Of a stretch of DNA of 64,000 nucleotides, positions 37,630 through 49,037 are shown piece by piece. Both the position numbers and the translations under genes were made by a program. The DNA comes from an uncultured Actinomycetes bacterium (GTDB taxonomy: Bacteria > Actinomycetota > Thermoleophilia > UBA2241), in NCBI GenBank assembly GCA_963767005.1, contig CAVYCN010000002.1, positions 480,001 through 544,000 of the forward strand. Reading direction: 5' to 3'. How positions within the stretch are numbered: the first letter of the stretch is position 1; each line of letters begins with the position of its first letter. Under the pieces are notes generated by a model. It made no database searches. It had not been told where the DNA came from and saw only the letters and a program-made list of their open reading frames with translations.

Positions 37630-37773
37630 GCTCCACCTTGCCGTGTTCGCTTTCTTATTGAACCTGCAAGTGCAGGTGGGTGCCCTCCCGGCGGTCCACG
37701 GACCGGCCGGAGCCGGGCTCCCGGCGCGTGAGTGTTGGCTCAATAACGCCGCGAATCACGCACAAGGTCGAGC
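37630..37773 (-). ncRNA. ssrS: 6S RNA
   Basis: Ends pair (GCTCGACCTTGTGCGTGATTCGC with GCGAACACGGCAAGGTGGAGC); A-rich bubble; GAGCCAACACT, GGGAGC and GAGGGCACCCACCTGC segments typical of Firmicutes 6S; TG-N-TATCAT promoter at 37781-37789; lies downstream of aspS. Confidence 0.8.
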
Positions 37774-37919
37774 GGTCGGCATGATAGCACGACGAGCGCT
37801 CATCCTGTGAACTTAAGTCGGCAGCACGGCGAAATGCTTGAGCGCTTGAGCCTGACCGACGCCGCCCCACGCCGTGGTCGAGCCGGCCTCGAGCGGCGGC
37901 GACGCCGTCGCTCGACGGT

Positions 37920-39683
37920 CTACGACAGGCGCAGGTGCAGGTCGCGCAACTGGCCGGGGTCGACCGCCGCGGGCGCGCCGGTCATGGGGTCGGAGCCCGA
38001 CGCCGTCTTGGGGAAGGCGATCACGTCGCGGATCGAGCTCTCGCCGGCGAGCAGCATGACGATGCGGTCGAAGCCCAGGCCGATGCCGCCGTGCGGCGGC
38101 GCGCCGTACTGGAGCGCCTCGAGGAACCAGCCGAACGCCGCCTCGATGCGCTCGTCGTCCATGCCGAGCGCGTGCAGGACCGCGCGCTGCACGGCGGCGT
38201 CGTGGTTGCGCAGACAGCCGGAGCCCAGCTCGACGCCGTTCAGGACGAGGTCGTACTGCTCGCCGCGCAGCGACAGCGGGTCGCTCTCGAGCAGCGGGAG
38301 CTGCTCGGCCGTGACGAGGCTGAAGGGGTTATGGCCGTAGGTCAGCCGGCCGCTGTCGGCGTCGATCTCGAAGAGCGGGAAGCCGACGACCCACACGAAC
38401 GCGTGGCGCCGCGACGGGGCGATAGCGAGCCGCTCGATGAGCGCGAGGCGCAGCGCACCGAGCACGGCGGCCGCGACCGACGCAACGTCGGCGGCGAAGA
38501 CCACGAGGTCGCCGGGCCGTGCCCGGGTGCGCTCGACCAGGGCGCGCTGCTCGGCTTCGGCCAGGAACTTGACGATGGGACCGCGCAGGCCGCCGTCGGC
38601 CGCGACCGTGACGTACGCCATGCCGCCGGCGCCGTGCGCCCGGGCGACGTCGGTCAGCGCGTCGAGCTGAGCGCGCGACAGGCCGGCGCCGCCTTCGGCC
38701 CTGAGGGCGCGCACGACGCCGCCGCGCTCGAGCGCGTCGCGGAACACCCGGAAGCCACTGTCGGCGAATGCCGCCGAGAGCTCGACGATCTCGAGGTCGT
38801 AGCGCAGGTCGGGCTTGTCGGAGCCGTAGCGCAGCATCGCCTCGTCGTAGGTCAGCAGCGGCAAGGGCAGCTCGAGCGGCCCCCGCCCCACGCTCTCGAC
38901 GATCGCCGCCATGAGGCCCTCGAGCAGCGCCAGGATCTCGGGCACGGTCATGAACGACATCTCGACGTCGATCTGAGTGTGCTCGGGCTGACGGTCGGCG
39001 CGCAGGTCTTCGTCGCGGAAGCAGCGGGCGAGCTGGTAGTAGCGGTCGACGCCGGCCACCATGAGGATCTGCTTGAACATCTGGGGCGACTGCGGCAGCG
39101 CGTAGAAGCTGTGCGCCTGCAGGCGCGACGGCACCAGGAAGTCGCGCGCTCCTTCGGGCGACGAGCGCGTCAGCAGCGGCGTCTCGATCTCGAGGAAGCG
39201 GCGTTCGTTCAGATACTCACGCGCCGCCCGTGCGGCGCGGTGGCGCAGCTCGAGCCGGGCGAGCATCGCTGGACGGCGCACGTCGAGGTAGCGGTACTTG
39301 AGGCGCAGGATCTCGTCGACGTCGTGGCCCTCGCCGGACTCGACCTCGAACGGCGGCGTGCGCGCGCTCGACAGCACCTCGGCATCGGCGACCCGGACCT
39401 CGACCTCGCCGGTGGGCAGCGCCGGGTTGACCGTGGCGGCCGCGCGCGCCACCACCGCGCCCTGCACGCGCACCACATATTCGGGGCGCAGCCCTTCGGC
39501 GAGGTGATGCGCCGCCGGCGCCGTACCCGGGTCGAACACGAGCTGCACGAGGCCGGAGCGGTCGCGCAGGTCGACGAAGATGAGGTTGCCGTGATCGCGC
39601 CGGCGCGCCACCCAGCCGGCCAGCAGGACCTCGCGGCCGACGTCGGTCGCGCGCAGCGTGCCGGGCAGGGTGTCGCGGATCAC
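37920..39683 (-). CDS. aspS: Aspartate--tRNA ligase, possibly non-discriminating
   Basis: [59 protein letters not shown]. Confidence 0.97.
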   Translation of the reverse strand: MIRDTLPGTLRATDVGREVLLAGWVARRRDHGNLIFVDLRDRSGLVQLVFDPGTAPAAHHLAEGLRPEYVVRVQGAVVARAAATVNPALPTGEVEVRVADAEVLSSARTPPFEVESGEGHDVDEILRLKYRYLDVRRPAMLARLELRHRAARAAREYLNERRFLEIETPLLTRSSPEGARDFLVPSRLQAHSFYALPQSPQMFKQILMVAGVDRYYQLARCFRDEDLRADRQPEHTQIDVEMSFMTVPEILALLEGLMAAIVESVGRGPLELPLPLLTYDEAMLRYGSDKPDLRYDLEIVELSAAFADSGFRVFRDALERGGVVRALRAEGGAGLSRAQLDALTDVARAHGAGGMAYVTVAADGGLRGPIVKFLAEAEQRALVERTRARPGDLVVFAADVASVAAAVLGALRLALIERLAIAPSRRHAFVWVVGFPLFEIDADSGRLTYGHNPFSLVTAEQLPLLESDPLSLRGEQYDLVLNGVELGSGCLRNHDAAVQRAVLHALGMDDERIEAAFGWFLEALQYGAPPHGGIGLGFDRIVMLLAGESSIRDVIAFPKTASGSDPMTGAPAAVDPGQLRDLHLRLS

Positions 39684-41011
39684 GCCTCTCCCCCGCCGAG
39701 CGGGTTGCCGTTGCCGTTGCCGCCGTGGTTGTGGCCGCCGGCGCCCTCGTCGTCGAGCCAGTCGTCGAACCAGTCGCCAAGGTCGGCGACCGCGACGTCT
39801 TCTTCGTCGCCCGTGTCCAGGTCGCGCAGGCGGACCTCGCCCTCGGCGACGTCGTCGAGGCCGACGAGCAACGCGAGCTCGGCGCCGCTGCGACCGGCCT
39901 GTTTGAGCTGGGCCTTGGGGCTGCGGCCGGCGAGGTCGCACTCGGTGTCGACCAGGAGGTCGCGGCGCAGGAGCTGGGCCAGCGCGAAAGCGTCGGTGCG
40001 GCTCTCGGGCGTGAACGACACGACGTAGGCGAGCGGGCCTTCGTCCTCGGCCTCGTCGAAGCCGGCCACGAGGCCGACCCGCTCGAGGCCGCTGCCAAAG
40101 CCGAAGCCCGGCGTCGGCGGGCCGCCGATCAGCTCGACGAGGCCGTCGTAGCGCCCGCCGCCGCCGATCGTGCTCTGCGCGAACCCGAGCGCGTTGGACT
40201 GGTACTCGAAGGTCGTGCGCGTGTAGTAGTCGAGGCCGCGCACCAGGCGGAAGTCGAGCACCGGGTCGAGGCCGACGCGTCGCAGGAGGGCGAGCACCTC
40301 GTCGAAGTGACGGCGGCACGGCTCGCAGAGGTGGTCGACCAGGCGCGGCGCCTCGGCCATGATCGCCCGGCAGCTCTCGACTTTGCAGTCGAAGGTGCGC
40401 AGCGGATTGGTGCCGATGCGTTCGTTGCACTCGCCGCAGAGCTCGGCGGCGTGCTCGGTCAGGAACGCGCGCAGCAGCTCGACGTAGGCCGGCCGGCACT
40501 GACCGTCACCCATGCTGTTGACCGCCAGGGTGAGGTCGCCGATCTCGAGCTCGTCGTAGATCTGGCCGAGCATGGCGATGACCTCGGCGTCGACCAGGGG
40601 GTCGTCGGAACCGAGCGCCTCGGCGCCGAACTGGTAGTGCTCGCGGTAGCGCCCGGCCTGCGGGCGTTCGTAGCGGAACATCGGCGCGTAGTACCACAGC
40701 TTCACCGGCTTGGTCTGCTTGAACAGCCCGTGCTCGACGTAGGCGCGGCAGACTGGCGCCGTGCCCTCGGGACGCAGGGTCATCTCGCGCCCGCTGCGAT
40801 CGGTGAACGAGTACATCTCCTTGCGCACGATGTCGGTGGCGTCGCCGACGCCGCGCGCGAACAGACCGGTCTCCTCGAACTCGGGCGTCACGATCTGGCG
40901 GAAGCCATACGACGTGAAGACGTCGGCCGCCACGGCAACGATGTCGGCACGCCGCTCGGCGGCCGCCTGGATCAGGTCGTAGGTGCCCTTGGGGGCCTTG
41001 GGTGCGTTCAC
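39680..41011 (-). CDS. hisS: Histidine--tRNA ligase
   Basis: [38 protein letters not shown]. Confidence 0.97.
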   Translation of the reverse strand: MNAPKAPKGTYDLIQAAAERRADIVAVAADVFTSYGFRQIVTPEFEETGLFARGVGDATDIVRKEMYSFTDRSGREMTLRPEGTAPVCRAYVEHGLFKQTKPVKLWYYAPMFRYERPQAGRYREHYQFGAEALGSDDPLVDAEVIAMLGQIYDELEIGDLTLAVNSMGDGQCRPAYVELLRAFLTEHAAELCGECNERIGTNPLRTFDCKVESCRAIMAEAPRLVDHLCEPCRRHFDEVLALLRRVGLDPVLDFRLVRGLDYYTRTTFEYQSNALGFAQSTIGGGGRYDGLVELIGGPPTPGFGFGSGLERVGLVAGFDEAEDEGPLAYVVSFTPESRTDAFALAQLLRRDLLVDTECDLAGRSPKAQLKQAGRSGAELALLVGLDDVAEGEVRLRDLDTGDEEDVAVADLGDWFDDWLDDEGAGGHNHGGNGNGNPLGGGEA

Positions 41012-41658
41012 CAGCGATGCTCCGGGTCGTAGCGCAGGGGCGCGAGGAACGGGTTGAGGGCAAGCTCGCGGCCGAGCGACGTGTCGGGTCCGTGGCCACA
41101 GTGCACGAGCGTGTCGGCCGGGAACCGGCGGATCAGGCCGGCGATCGAGTTCAGCAGCTCATCTGACGACCCCCCGGGCAGGTCGGTGCGCCCGACGCTG
41201 CCCTGGAAGAGCAGGTCGCCCGAGAAGAGGTGGCCCTCGACGGAGAACGAGACCGAGCCGGGCGAGTGGCCCGGGGTCGGGATGGCGGTGAGCGGCACGA
41301 CCAGGTCGAGCTCGCGCTCGCCGTCGATCAGCACCGGGTCGACCGACACCGCCTCGACGGGAAAGCCGGCGAGCGGGCCGCTGGCCGGTCGGGCGAGCAG
41401 GCCGGCGTCGGCCGCGCCGCAGTAGACCGGCACGCCGTAGCGCCGGGCGAGGGCATCGACCGCGCCGATGTGGTCGAAGTGGCCGTGCGTGACAAGGACG
41501 GCCTGCGGTGTCGCCCTCACCTCGTCGAAAGCGCCGACGAGGGCGTCGCCTTCGTCGCCGGGGTCGATGACGAGCGCCCGCCCGCCGCTCACCAGGATGA
41601 AGCAGTTCGCGGCGAGCGGTCCGAGGGTCAGCATGAAAACGTCGAAGTGATCGGCCAT
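41008..41658 (-). CDS. MBL-fold metallo-hydrolase (glyoxalase II-like)
   Basis: THGHFDHIG, TPGHSPGS, SGDLLF, GRTDLPGG, GHG. Confidence 0.93.
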   Translation of the reverse strand: MADHFDVFMLTLGPLAANCFILVSGGRALVIDPGDEGDALVGAFDEVRATPQAVLVTHGHFDHIGAVDALARRYGVPVYCGAADAGLLARPASGPLAGFPVEAVSVDPVLIDGERELDLVVPLTAIPTPGHSPGSVSFSVEGHLFSGDLLFQGSVGRTDLPGGSSDELLNSIAGLIRRFPADTLVHCGHGPDTSLGRELALNPFLAPLRYDPEHRW

Positions 41659-41778
41659 CTGGAGTTCCTTCACGTCACGGACGAACGGCAGCCGCTTACG
41701 CTATCAGGAGCGCCGGGCGGTCGTCGAGCGACGTGGCCCGCCCGGCCGGCCGGCACCGGCCCGGCGCGCCCCGCGTGG

Positions 41779-44049
41779 TCAGCTCGACACCACGCGGTAG
41801 GCGTCGTACACGGTGCCGATCGCCTTGAGGTTCATGATGATGTTGGCGAGCTGGTGGACGTCGCCGATCTCGAGCACGAAGCGGTCGCGCACGATGCCGT
41901 CGGGCAGGGTCTGCACCGCCGCGCCGATGATGTTGACGCCCGAGTCGGACAGCGTGCGGGCGATCTCTTCGAGCAGGTGGTTGCGGTCGAGCGCCTCGAC
42001 CTGGATCTCGACGCGGAAGGCCTGGGCGCCGAGACCCTCCCAGCTCACCGTCGTGAAGCGCTCCGGGTTCTTGCCGCGCAACGCGCTCGCGTTCTTGCAC
42101 TCCGAGCGGTGGATGGTCACGCCCTTGCCGAGCGAGATGTAGCCGAGGATCTCGTCGCCGGGGATCGGCTTGCAGCACTTGGCCATGCGCACGACGATGT
42201 CGCTCATGCCCTCGACGGTGATGCCGAACTCGCTCGACGCGGCGCTCGCCAGGGCGCCCTGCTTGGGCTCGGTCGGCAGCATCTCGACCTCGGGCACCGC
42301 GGCCTTCTCGCCGCCGCTGCGCTGGAGCACCTTGGTCACCACGGCGCGCACCGGGATACGGCCCGAACCGAGCGCCGCGTAGAGGTCGTCGGCCTTCTGG
42401 TAGCCGAGGTCCTTGACCACACGCGGGAAGACGTCGGACGAGAGCAGCTTCTGGGCGGGCAGGCCCTGCCGCCGCAGCGTCTCCTGCAGCAGGTCGCGGC
42501 CCGAGTGCTCGGAGTCCTCGCGCTGCTCGCGCCGGAAGTGCTGGCGGATCTTCTGGCGGGCGCGCGGCGTGGTCGCGATGCCGAGCCAGTCGCGCGACGG
42601 CCCGCGACTCGAGCGTGAGGTGATGATCTCGATGATGTCGCCCGAGTTCAGGCGCGTGTGCAGCGGCACGATGCGACCGTTGACCTTGGCGCCCACGCAA
42701 TGGGCGCCGACGTCGGTGTGCACCGAGTACGCGAAGTCGATCGGCGTCGCGCCGGCCGGCAGGCTCTTGACCTCGCCCTTGGGCGTGAACACGAAGACCT
42801 CGTCCTCGAACAGGTCGATGCGCAGCGTGTCCATGAACTCGCGGGGGTCGCCGGCGGTCTCGGACTGCCACTCCATCATCTGCCGCAGCCAGGCCAGCTT
42901 GTCGGCCGGACGATCGCCGTCGCCCTTGGCCTTGTAGAGCCAGTGGGCCGCCACGCCGAACTCGGCCGTCTGGTGCATGTCGAACGTGCGGATCTGGATC
43001 TCGAGCGGCTTGCCGCCGGGCCCGATGACCGTCGTGTGCAGCGACTGGTACAGGTTGAACTTGGGCATCGCGACGTAGTCCTTGAAGCGCCCCGGGATCG
43101 GCTTCCAGACGGCGTGGATCACGCCGATCGCCCCGTAGCAGTCCTTGACCGTGTCGACCAGCACCCGCAGCGCGGTCAGGTCGAAGATCTCGTTGAACTC
43201 CTTGCCGCGGCGACTCATCTTCACGTAGATCGAGTAGAAGTGCTTGGCGCGGCCGGTGATCTCGGAACGGATGCCCACCTTGGAGAGCTCGTCCTCGAGG
43301 AAGCGCGCCGCGTCGTGGATGTACTCCTCGCGGTCGGCCCGGCGCTGCGACACCAGGCGCTCGATCTCGCCGTACTTGCGCGGATGGAGGGTCGAGAACG
43401 CGAGGTCCTCGAGCTGCCACTTGACGCTGTTGATGCCGAGGCGATGGGCGAGCGGCGCGTAGATCTCGAGCGTCTCCTTGGCCTTCTGGATCTGCTTCTG
43501 CTTGCCCAGGTAGCAGAGCGTGCGCATGTTGTGCAGACGGTCGGCGAGCTTGATCAGGATGACGCGGATGTCCTCGGCCATCGCCACGATCATCTTGCGG
43601 TAGTTCTCGGCCTGCTCCTCTTCGGTCGAGGTGAAGCTGATCTTGGTCAGCTTGGTGACGCCGTCGACGAGCATGGCGATCTCGTCGCCGAAACGCGCCC
43701 GGATCTCGTCGATCGGCGTGTCGGAGTCTTCGACCACGTCGTGCAGCAGGGCGGCGGCGATGGTGGCGTCGTCCAAGCGCAGCTCGGCGCAGAAGATGGC
43801 CGTGCCGACGGGATGGTTGATGAAGGCCTCGCCGCTCTTGCGGCTCTGGCCGCCGTGCTTGATGCAGGCCATCTCGAAGGCGCGCGTGATCAGGCCCTCG
43901 TCGAGGGCAGGGTTGTAGACCGCGACCGCGGCCAGGACCCGCTCGAGCAGCTCGCGCTGGCGCTCGGCCTCGGGGGCCAGCGGCGCCGCTACAGGCGGAT
44001 CGTCAGGCAGTGCCTGAGAAACGTCGTCGTGTGGAATCGTTCGTGCCAT
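41779..44049 (-). CDS. relA: Bifunctional (p)ppGpp synthetase/hydrolase Rel
   Basis: RKSGE, LHDVVED, KLADRLHNMRT, YQSLHT, EIQIRT, TGS and ACT domains; start approximate. Confidence 0.96.
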   Translation of the reverse strand: MARTIPHDDVSQALPDDPPVAAPLAPEAERQRELLERVLAAVAVYNPALDEGLITRAFEMACIKHGGQSRKSGEAFINHPVGTAIFCAELRLDDATIAAALLHDVVEDSDTPIDEIRARFGDEIAMLVDGVTKLTKISFTSTEEEQAENYRKMIVAMAEDIRVILIKLADRLHNMRTLCYLGKQKQIQKAKETLEIYAPLAHRLGINSVKWQLEDLAFSTLHPRKYGEIERLVSQRRADREEYIHDAARFLEDELSKVGIRSEITGRAKHFYSIYVKMSRRGKEFNEIFDLTALRVLVDTVKDCYGAIGVIHAVWKPIPGRFKDYVAMPKFNLYQSLHTTVIGPGGKPLEIQIRTFDMHQTAEFGVAAHWLYKAKGDGDRPADKLAWLRQMMEWQSETAGDPREFMDTLRIDLFEDEVFVFTPKGEVKSLPAGATPIDFAYSVHTDVGAHCVGAKVNGRIVPLHTRLNSGDIIEIITSRSSRGPSRDWLGIATTPRARQKIRQHFRREQREDSEHSGRDLLQETLRRQGLPAQKLLSSDVFPRVVKDLGYQKADDLYAALGSGRIPVRAVVTKVLQRSGGEKAAVPEVEMLPTEPKQGALASAASSEFGITVEGMSDIVVRMAKCCKPIPGDEILGYISLGKGVTIHRSECKNASALRGKNPERFTTVSWEGLGAQAFRVEIQVEALDRNHLLEEIARTLSDSGVNIIGAAVQTLPDGIVRDRFVLEIGDVHQLANIIMNLKAIGTVYDAYRVVSS

Positions 44050-46561
44050 CGGCGATACGTGGCGGAGGCGGTCAGGTCGACCTTGCCCTCCGCCTGTTCG
44101 ACTCCCTTCTTGCCGTGGCCGTCGGTCAGCAAACCGACCTCGGACAGCGTCGCGAGCGCGGCGGCCAGCGTCGCGAGGCCGGGCAGGCGACCCTGAGCGA
44201 GCAGCGCGGACATCGTATCGGCAGCCTCGTCGCCCGTCCCGAGGGCACGGTAGACGCGGCGGCACGCGGCGTCGAGGTCGTATCGGTCCGCTACGACGGC
44301 TCGCGTGAAGTCTACCTCAGCCTCGCCCCAGAGCGCCGAGACGCAGGCCTCTGGCGCGAGCGCGGTGAGCAGAACGGCGAGCAGGCCGCCGTCGAACGGC
44401 GGGTCGACGAGCGCGACGTGGTCGAACGCGGCCACGAGCTCGGGGCTGGCCGCCGCGGCCACGAGGTCGGCCATGACGATGTCGGGCTCGTCGACGGCCC
44501 CGTCGCCGCACACCGCGAGGCCGAGCCGGGCCGGCGCGCAGGCATCGTGCAGGTACAGGCACGAACGGCCGAGCTGCGGCAGGCAAACGTCGCGGGTGAG
44601 GAGCGGGCGCCGCGCGGCGACGTCGGCGACGAGCACGAGCACCCTCCCCCCCGCCGTGGCGAGGGCCGCCAGCGACGCGCCGAGCGGGCGGCGGCGGCGG
44701 TCGAAGAGGCGCCGCTCGCGGCGCAGGGCGGCGACCGTCGCCGCCGCCCCGTCGGCGCCGACCGCCCCCGGCAGGTCGAGGCCCTCGAGCGCCTCGAACA
44801 GCTCGTCGTCGGACACGAAGCTCGGGCACTCGGCGGCGCAGTCGGTCTCGCACAGGTCGACGGCCGGTCGCGCCACCTGGAAAGCGCCCTTGAGCTGCGC
44901 CTGGGGCCGTACCACGCCGTTGAAGGCGTTCTTGACGTAGCACACGGGCACGTCGTACAGCGCGCCAGGCTGCAGCTCGCACACCGCCGAGAAGCCGAAC
45001 CGCACCCCGGGCGCGCTCACGCCGTCGAGGCGCAGGTCGCACTGCAGGTGACGGCCGTTGCGCGTGAGCCGGCAGGCGCCGATCTGGGCGCCGTGCAGCA
45101 GCAGCAGCGGCCGCGGATTGCCGAGGCCGTGGGGCGCGAACAGGTCGAGCTCGTCGGTGAGACCGAGCGTGAGCTCGTCGCCGGCGGCCACGGCGTCGAC
45201 CGTGGTGACGCTGCGAAAGTCGGCTTCGCCGAGGCGCTCGCCGGCATAGCCGGCGAGCGCCTCGGCGAAGCCCGCCACGTCGGCGGCGCGCAGCTCGAGA
45301 CCGCAGGCGGCCCGGTGGCCGCCGTAGCGCACGAGACGGTCGGAGCAGGCGGCAACGCCCGCCAGCAGGTCGAAGGCGGCGATGCTGCGCCCGGAACCCT
45401 TGGCCACACCGTCGGCCTCGCAGAGCAGCACGGTGGGCCGGCCGGTCTGCTCGACCACGCGCGACGCGACGATGCCGATCACGCCGGGGTGCCAGTCGGG
45501 CGACGACAGCACGAGCGCCGCCGGGAGCGGCTCGGGCAGCGCGCCAGGGCCTCGCGCAGGATGACCTGCTCGATCTCCTGGCGCTCGGCGTTGAGCGCCC
45601 CCAGGCGCTGGGCGAGGGGCAGCGCGGCGGCGCGGTCGGGGGCGCCCAGCAGCTCGACCACCTGCGAGGCGTCGTCGAGCCGCCCGGCCGCGTTCAGCCG
45701 CGGCGCCAGGCGGAAGGCGACGGCGCCGGCGTCGACGTCGTCGGGCCGGGTGTCGCTCACCTCGAGGAGCGCGGCGAGGCCGGGGCGCGGCGCACTGCGC
45801 AGCCGGCCGACGCCCATGGCGACCAGGCTGCGGTTCTCGTCGCGCAGGGGCACGACGTCGGCCACCGTACCGACGGCCACGACGTCGAGGTAGGGCCGCA
45901 GCGCGAGCGGCAGCTCGACGCGGTCGTCGCGGCGGTCTTCGAGCAGGGCGTGGGCCAGCTTGAGCGCGACGCCGACGCCGGCGAGGTCGGGGAACGGATA
46001 CCGGCCGATCTTGGGGTCGATCACGATGCAGTCGGGCAGCGCCCCGATGGGCTCGTGATGGTCGGTCACGATGACGTCGAGGCCGAGGCTGCGGGCGTGC
46101 TCGACCTCGGCGCGCGCGCCGATCCCGCAGTCGACGGTGACGACCAGACCGGCGCCCGCCGCCGCGAGCTCGTCGAGCGCCTCGGGCGCGACGCCGTAGC
46201 CTTCGCTCAGCCGGTTGGGCAGCCGCCAGAGCACGTGGCCGCCCATCTGGCCGCCCAGGAAGTCGGCGAGCAGGAACGTCGCCGTGATGCCGTCGGCGTC
46301 GTAGTCGCCGTAGACGGCGATGGTCTCGCCCGCCGACAGGGCCCGGTCGATGCGCCTGCGGGCCTCGGCCACGCCGTCGAGCAGGTACGGGCTGTGCACG
46401 AGGTAGTCGGGATGCAGGAAGGCGCGCGCCGCCGCCGGGTCCGTCAGGCCGCGCCGCGCGAGGATCTCGGCCGTGACCCGGCCGACGCCCAGCTCGTCGG
46501 AAAGGACGGCGGCCGCGCGCAGGTCGACGGGCGCGATCTGCCAGGTCTGCTCTCTTGCCAC
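43989..46561 (-). CDS. recJ: ssDNA exonuclease RecJ, split by a single-base frameshift near 45540
   Basis: GDYDADG, TVDCG, TDHH, GTVADVV, PRLNAAGR in 45479-46561; WHPGVIGIVASR, KGSGRS, GGH..ACG, PHGLGNP in 43989-45538. Confidence 0.9.
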
Positions 46562-46609
46562 GAGTGCCAGTCTAGCGGAAGGCCGCGACAGAGGGAGCGC
46601 CGGTTCGCG

Positions 46610-46957
46610 TCAGCGCGGTTCGGGCGGAGCCGCCAAGCCGGCCGGCGCAGGCCCGCCGCCCTCGAGCGGCGCCGCGCCGGTGGAACCTGCCTCGGCGGCG
46701 CGCAGCCGGACATAGGTGCGTTCGAGCTCGTCGTGCAGCACCCGGCGGTCGCGACTCCGGCTCAGGTCGACGGCCACGCCCGACAGCACACCGACCACGA
46801 CGAGCAGGGCCGCGACGACGGCGGCGAGAGACAGCAGCGATACCTGATGCCACGTGCCGGCCACGTAGTCGAGGTCGACGCGCGAGCCGTGGCTCGCGAT
46901 ACCCACGGCGAGCACGGCGACGGCGAGGACGAGCAGCGCGGTGACGACGTTCTTCAT
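46610..46957 (-). CDS. Small membrane protein (LapA/DUF1049-like)
   Basis: Two TM helices separated by a short beta segment, then a short coiled coil. Confidence 0.6.
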   Translation of the reverse strand: MKNVVTALLVLAVAVLAVGIASHGSRVDLDYVAGTWHQVSLLSLAAVVAALLVVVGVLSGVAVDLSRSRDRRVLHDELERTYVRLRAAEAGSTGAAPLEGGGPAPAGLAAPPEPR

Positions 46958-47032
46958 GGGGCGGCTCCGCTCTCGACGGTGGGCCGAGTATACCGCGCCG
47001 CCCGGCCGGCGGCCGGTCTTGCCGGCAAGCCG

Positions 47033-47998
47033 CTACGCCCCGGTCGTGACGCGGGCGGTCGCGCGGACACGGACCAGCCAGGCCTGGAGCAGCGCGGCCT
47101 GGCGCTCGCTCACGAGCTCGGCGACGATGGCCGGCCGCGCCGCGGCCAGCGACTGCGTGTGCGCCGCCCGGCGCCCCAGCACCTTCAGCACGTGCCACTC
47201 GCCGGCCGCCTTCACGGGGTGCAGGACGACGTCCGGGCGGGCGGTCGCGGCGGCCTTGGCGAGCGCCGCCGGCAGCGACGACGTCTCGACCCAGCCGAGC
47301 ACCCCACCGGCGGCCACCGACTCCGAGTCCATCGAGTAGGCCCGCGCCACCTCGGCGAAGGGGTAACCGAGCGCGAGCCGGCCGATCACCGCCTCGGCCA
47401 GCGACCGCGTCTTGACCACGATCTCCGCCAGCCGCACCGCGGCCGGCGTCGTGAGCTGCGCGCGATGCGCGTCGTAGAAGGCGCCGATCTGCCGCCGGCT
47501 GGGCACGACGTGCGGGAACTTGCGCGCGGCCAGGCGCTCCGCAAGCAGCCCGTCGCGCACCTCCTGCCGGTACTGGGCGAGGCTGACGCCCGCGGCGGAC
47601 AGCGCCGACTGCAGCGCCGCGCTGCCGCCCAGGCTGGTAGCGACCTGGTCGAGCCGGCCCTGGACGTCGGCCGCCGTCACGACGACGCCGAGCCGCACGG
47701 CCTCGGTGCGCAGCAGGTGCTGGCGGATGACGGCTTCGAGCGCCTGACGGTACGTCAGGGTCTGCGAGGACAGGCTCGCCATGGCGACGGTCAGGTCGAC
47801 CTCGCCGCGGGTGACCACCTGGCCGTTCACGTGGGCGACGACCGCCGCCGCGCTGGCGCGGCTGGGTGAGGTCGCGGGCGAGGGGCCGCCGCCGCAGCCG
47901 GCGAGCGCCGCGGCGACGAGCACGAGGACGCCCAGCGCCGTGACGACGCGCGGGCGCGCCGCACGCCGCCGGCAAGCAGGGGTATCGCAGGGTGCCAT
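47033..47998 (-). CDS. PrsA/SurA-like parvulin foldase lipoprotein
   Basis: Lipobox LAGC, VAHVNG, FAEVARAYSMD..GGVLGW, WHVLKV. Confidence 0.85.
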   Translation of the reverse strand: MAPCDTPACRRRAARPRVVTALGVLVLVAAALAGCGGGPSPATSPSRASAAAVVAHVNGQVVTRGEVDLTVAMASLSSQTLTYRQALEAVIRQHLLRTEAVRLGVVVTAADVQGRLDQVATSLGGSAALQSALSAAGVSLAQYRQEVRDGLLAERLAARKFPHVVPSRRQIGAFYDAHRAQLTTPAAVRLAEIVVKTRSLAEAVIGRLALGYPFAEVARAYSMDSESVAAGGVLGWVETSSLPAALAKAAATARPDVVLHPVKAAGEWHVLKVLGRRAAHTQSLAAARPAIVAELVSERQAALLQAWLVRVRATARVTTGA

Positions 47999-48020
47999 TC
48001 CCGTCCGGCCGCCAGTGCCG

Positions 48021-49037
48021 TCAGGCGTTCTTGGTGACGTGCCCGGCCTCGTCGTAGAGCGTCGGGAAGTAGCAGGCGACACGGTGACCGTCGCCGAGGT
48101 CGTCGATGGCCTCGAGCGGCGGCACCGCCTTGGTGCAGGGATCGGGCTGCATGCGCGGGCAGCGCGGGTGGAACACGCACCCGGACGGCGGGTTGGCCGG
48201 GCTCGGCACGTCGCCCTCGAGGATGAGACGGCGGCGCTCGCGCTCGGTGCGCGGATCGGGGATCGGCACGGCCGACAGCAGCGCCTCGGTGTAGGGGTGC
48301 TGTGGCCTGACGTACAGCACGGAGCTGTCGGCGATCTCGACGATCTTGCCCAGGTACATGACGGCGACGCGGTTCGAGATGTGCTTGACCACGGACAGGT
48401 CGTGCGCGATGAACAGGTACGTGAGCCTGAGGTCGCGCTGCAGGTCCTCGAGCAGGTTGATCATCTGGGCCTGGATGGAGACGTCGAGGGCGCTCACGGG
48501 CTCATCGCAGATGATGAGGCGCGGGTTGAGCGCGAGGGCGCGCGCCACGCCGATGCGCTGGCGCTGGCCGCCGGAGAACTCGTGCGGGTAGCGCTCGGCG
48601 TGCTCGACGGTCAGGCCGACCGTCTCGAGCAGCTCGAACACCCGGCGTTTGCGCTCGGCCTCGGTGCCGATCCCGTGGATGCGCAGCGGCTCCGCGATGA
48701 TGTCCTTCACGCGGCGGCGGGGATTGAGGCAGGCGTAGGGGTCCTGGAAGACGATCTGCATGTCGCGGCGCAAGCGCTGCAGCGCCGTGCGCGACGCGGC
48801 CATGACATCGGTGCCGTCGAACTTCACGTTGCCTGCCGTCGCCGGTAGCAGGCGCAGCAGGACCCGGCCGGTGGTCGACTTGCCGCAGCCGCTCTCGCCG
48901 ACCAGACCCAGCGTCTCGCCCTCGCCGATCGAGAACGACACGCCGTCGACCGCATAGACGTGACCGGTGGTGCGCTTGAGCACACCCGACTTGATCGGAA
49001 AGTGCTTCTTCAGGTCGGTGACCTCGAGGATGTTCAC
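48021..49037 (-). CDS. oppF: Oligopeptide ABC transporter ATPase
   Basis: [41 protein letters not shown]. Confidence 0.92.
   Translation of the reverse strand: MNILEVTDLKKHFPIKSGVLKRTTGHVYAVDGVSFSIGEGETLGLVGESGCGKSTTGRVLLRLLPATAGNVKFDGTDVMAASRTALQRLRRDMQIVFQDPYACLNPRRRVKDIIAEPLRIHGIGTEAERKRRVFELLETVGLTVEHAERYPHEFSGGQRQRIGVARALALNPRLIICDEPVSALDVSIQAQMINLLEDLQRDLRLTYLFIAHDLSVVKHISNRVAVMYLGKIVEIADSSVLYVRPQHPYTEALLSAVPIPDPRTERERRRLILEGDVPSPANPPSGCVFHPRCPRMQPDPCTKAVPPLEAIDDLGDGHRVACYFPTLYDEAGHVTKNA

Noticed and set aside
45530-45550. Programmed frameshift in recJ
   Set aside because: No slippery heptamer or homopolymer is present, so an indel error is simpler.
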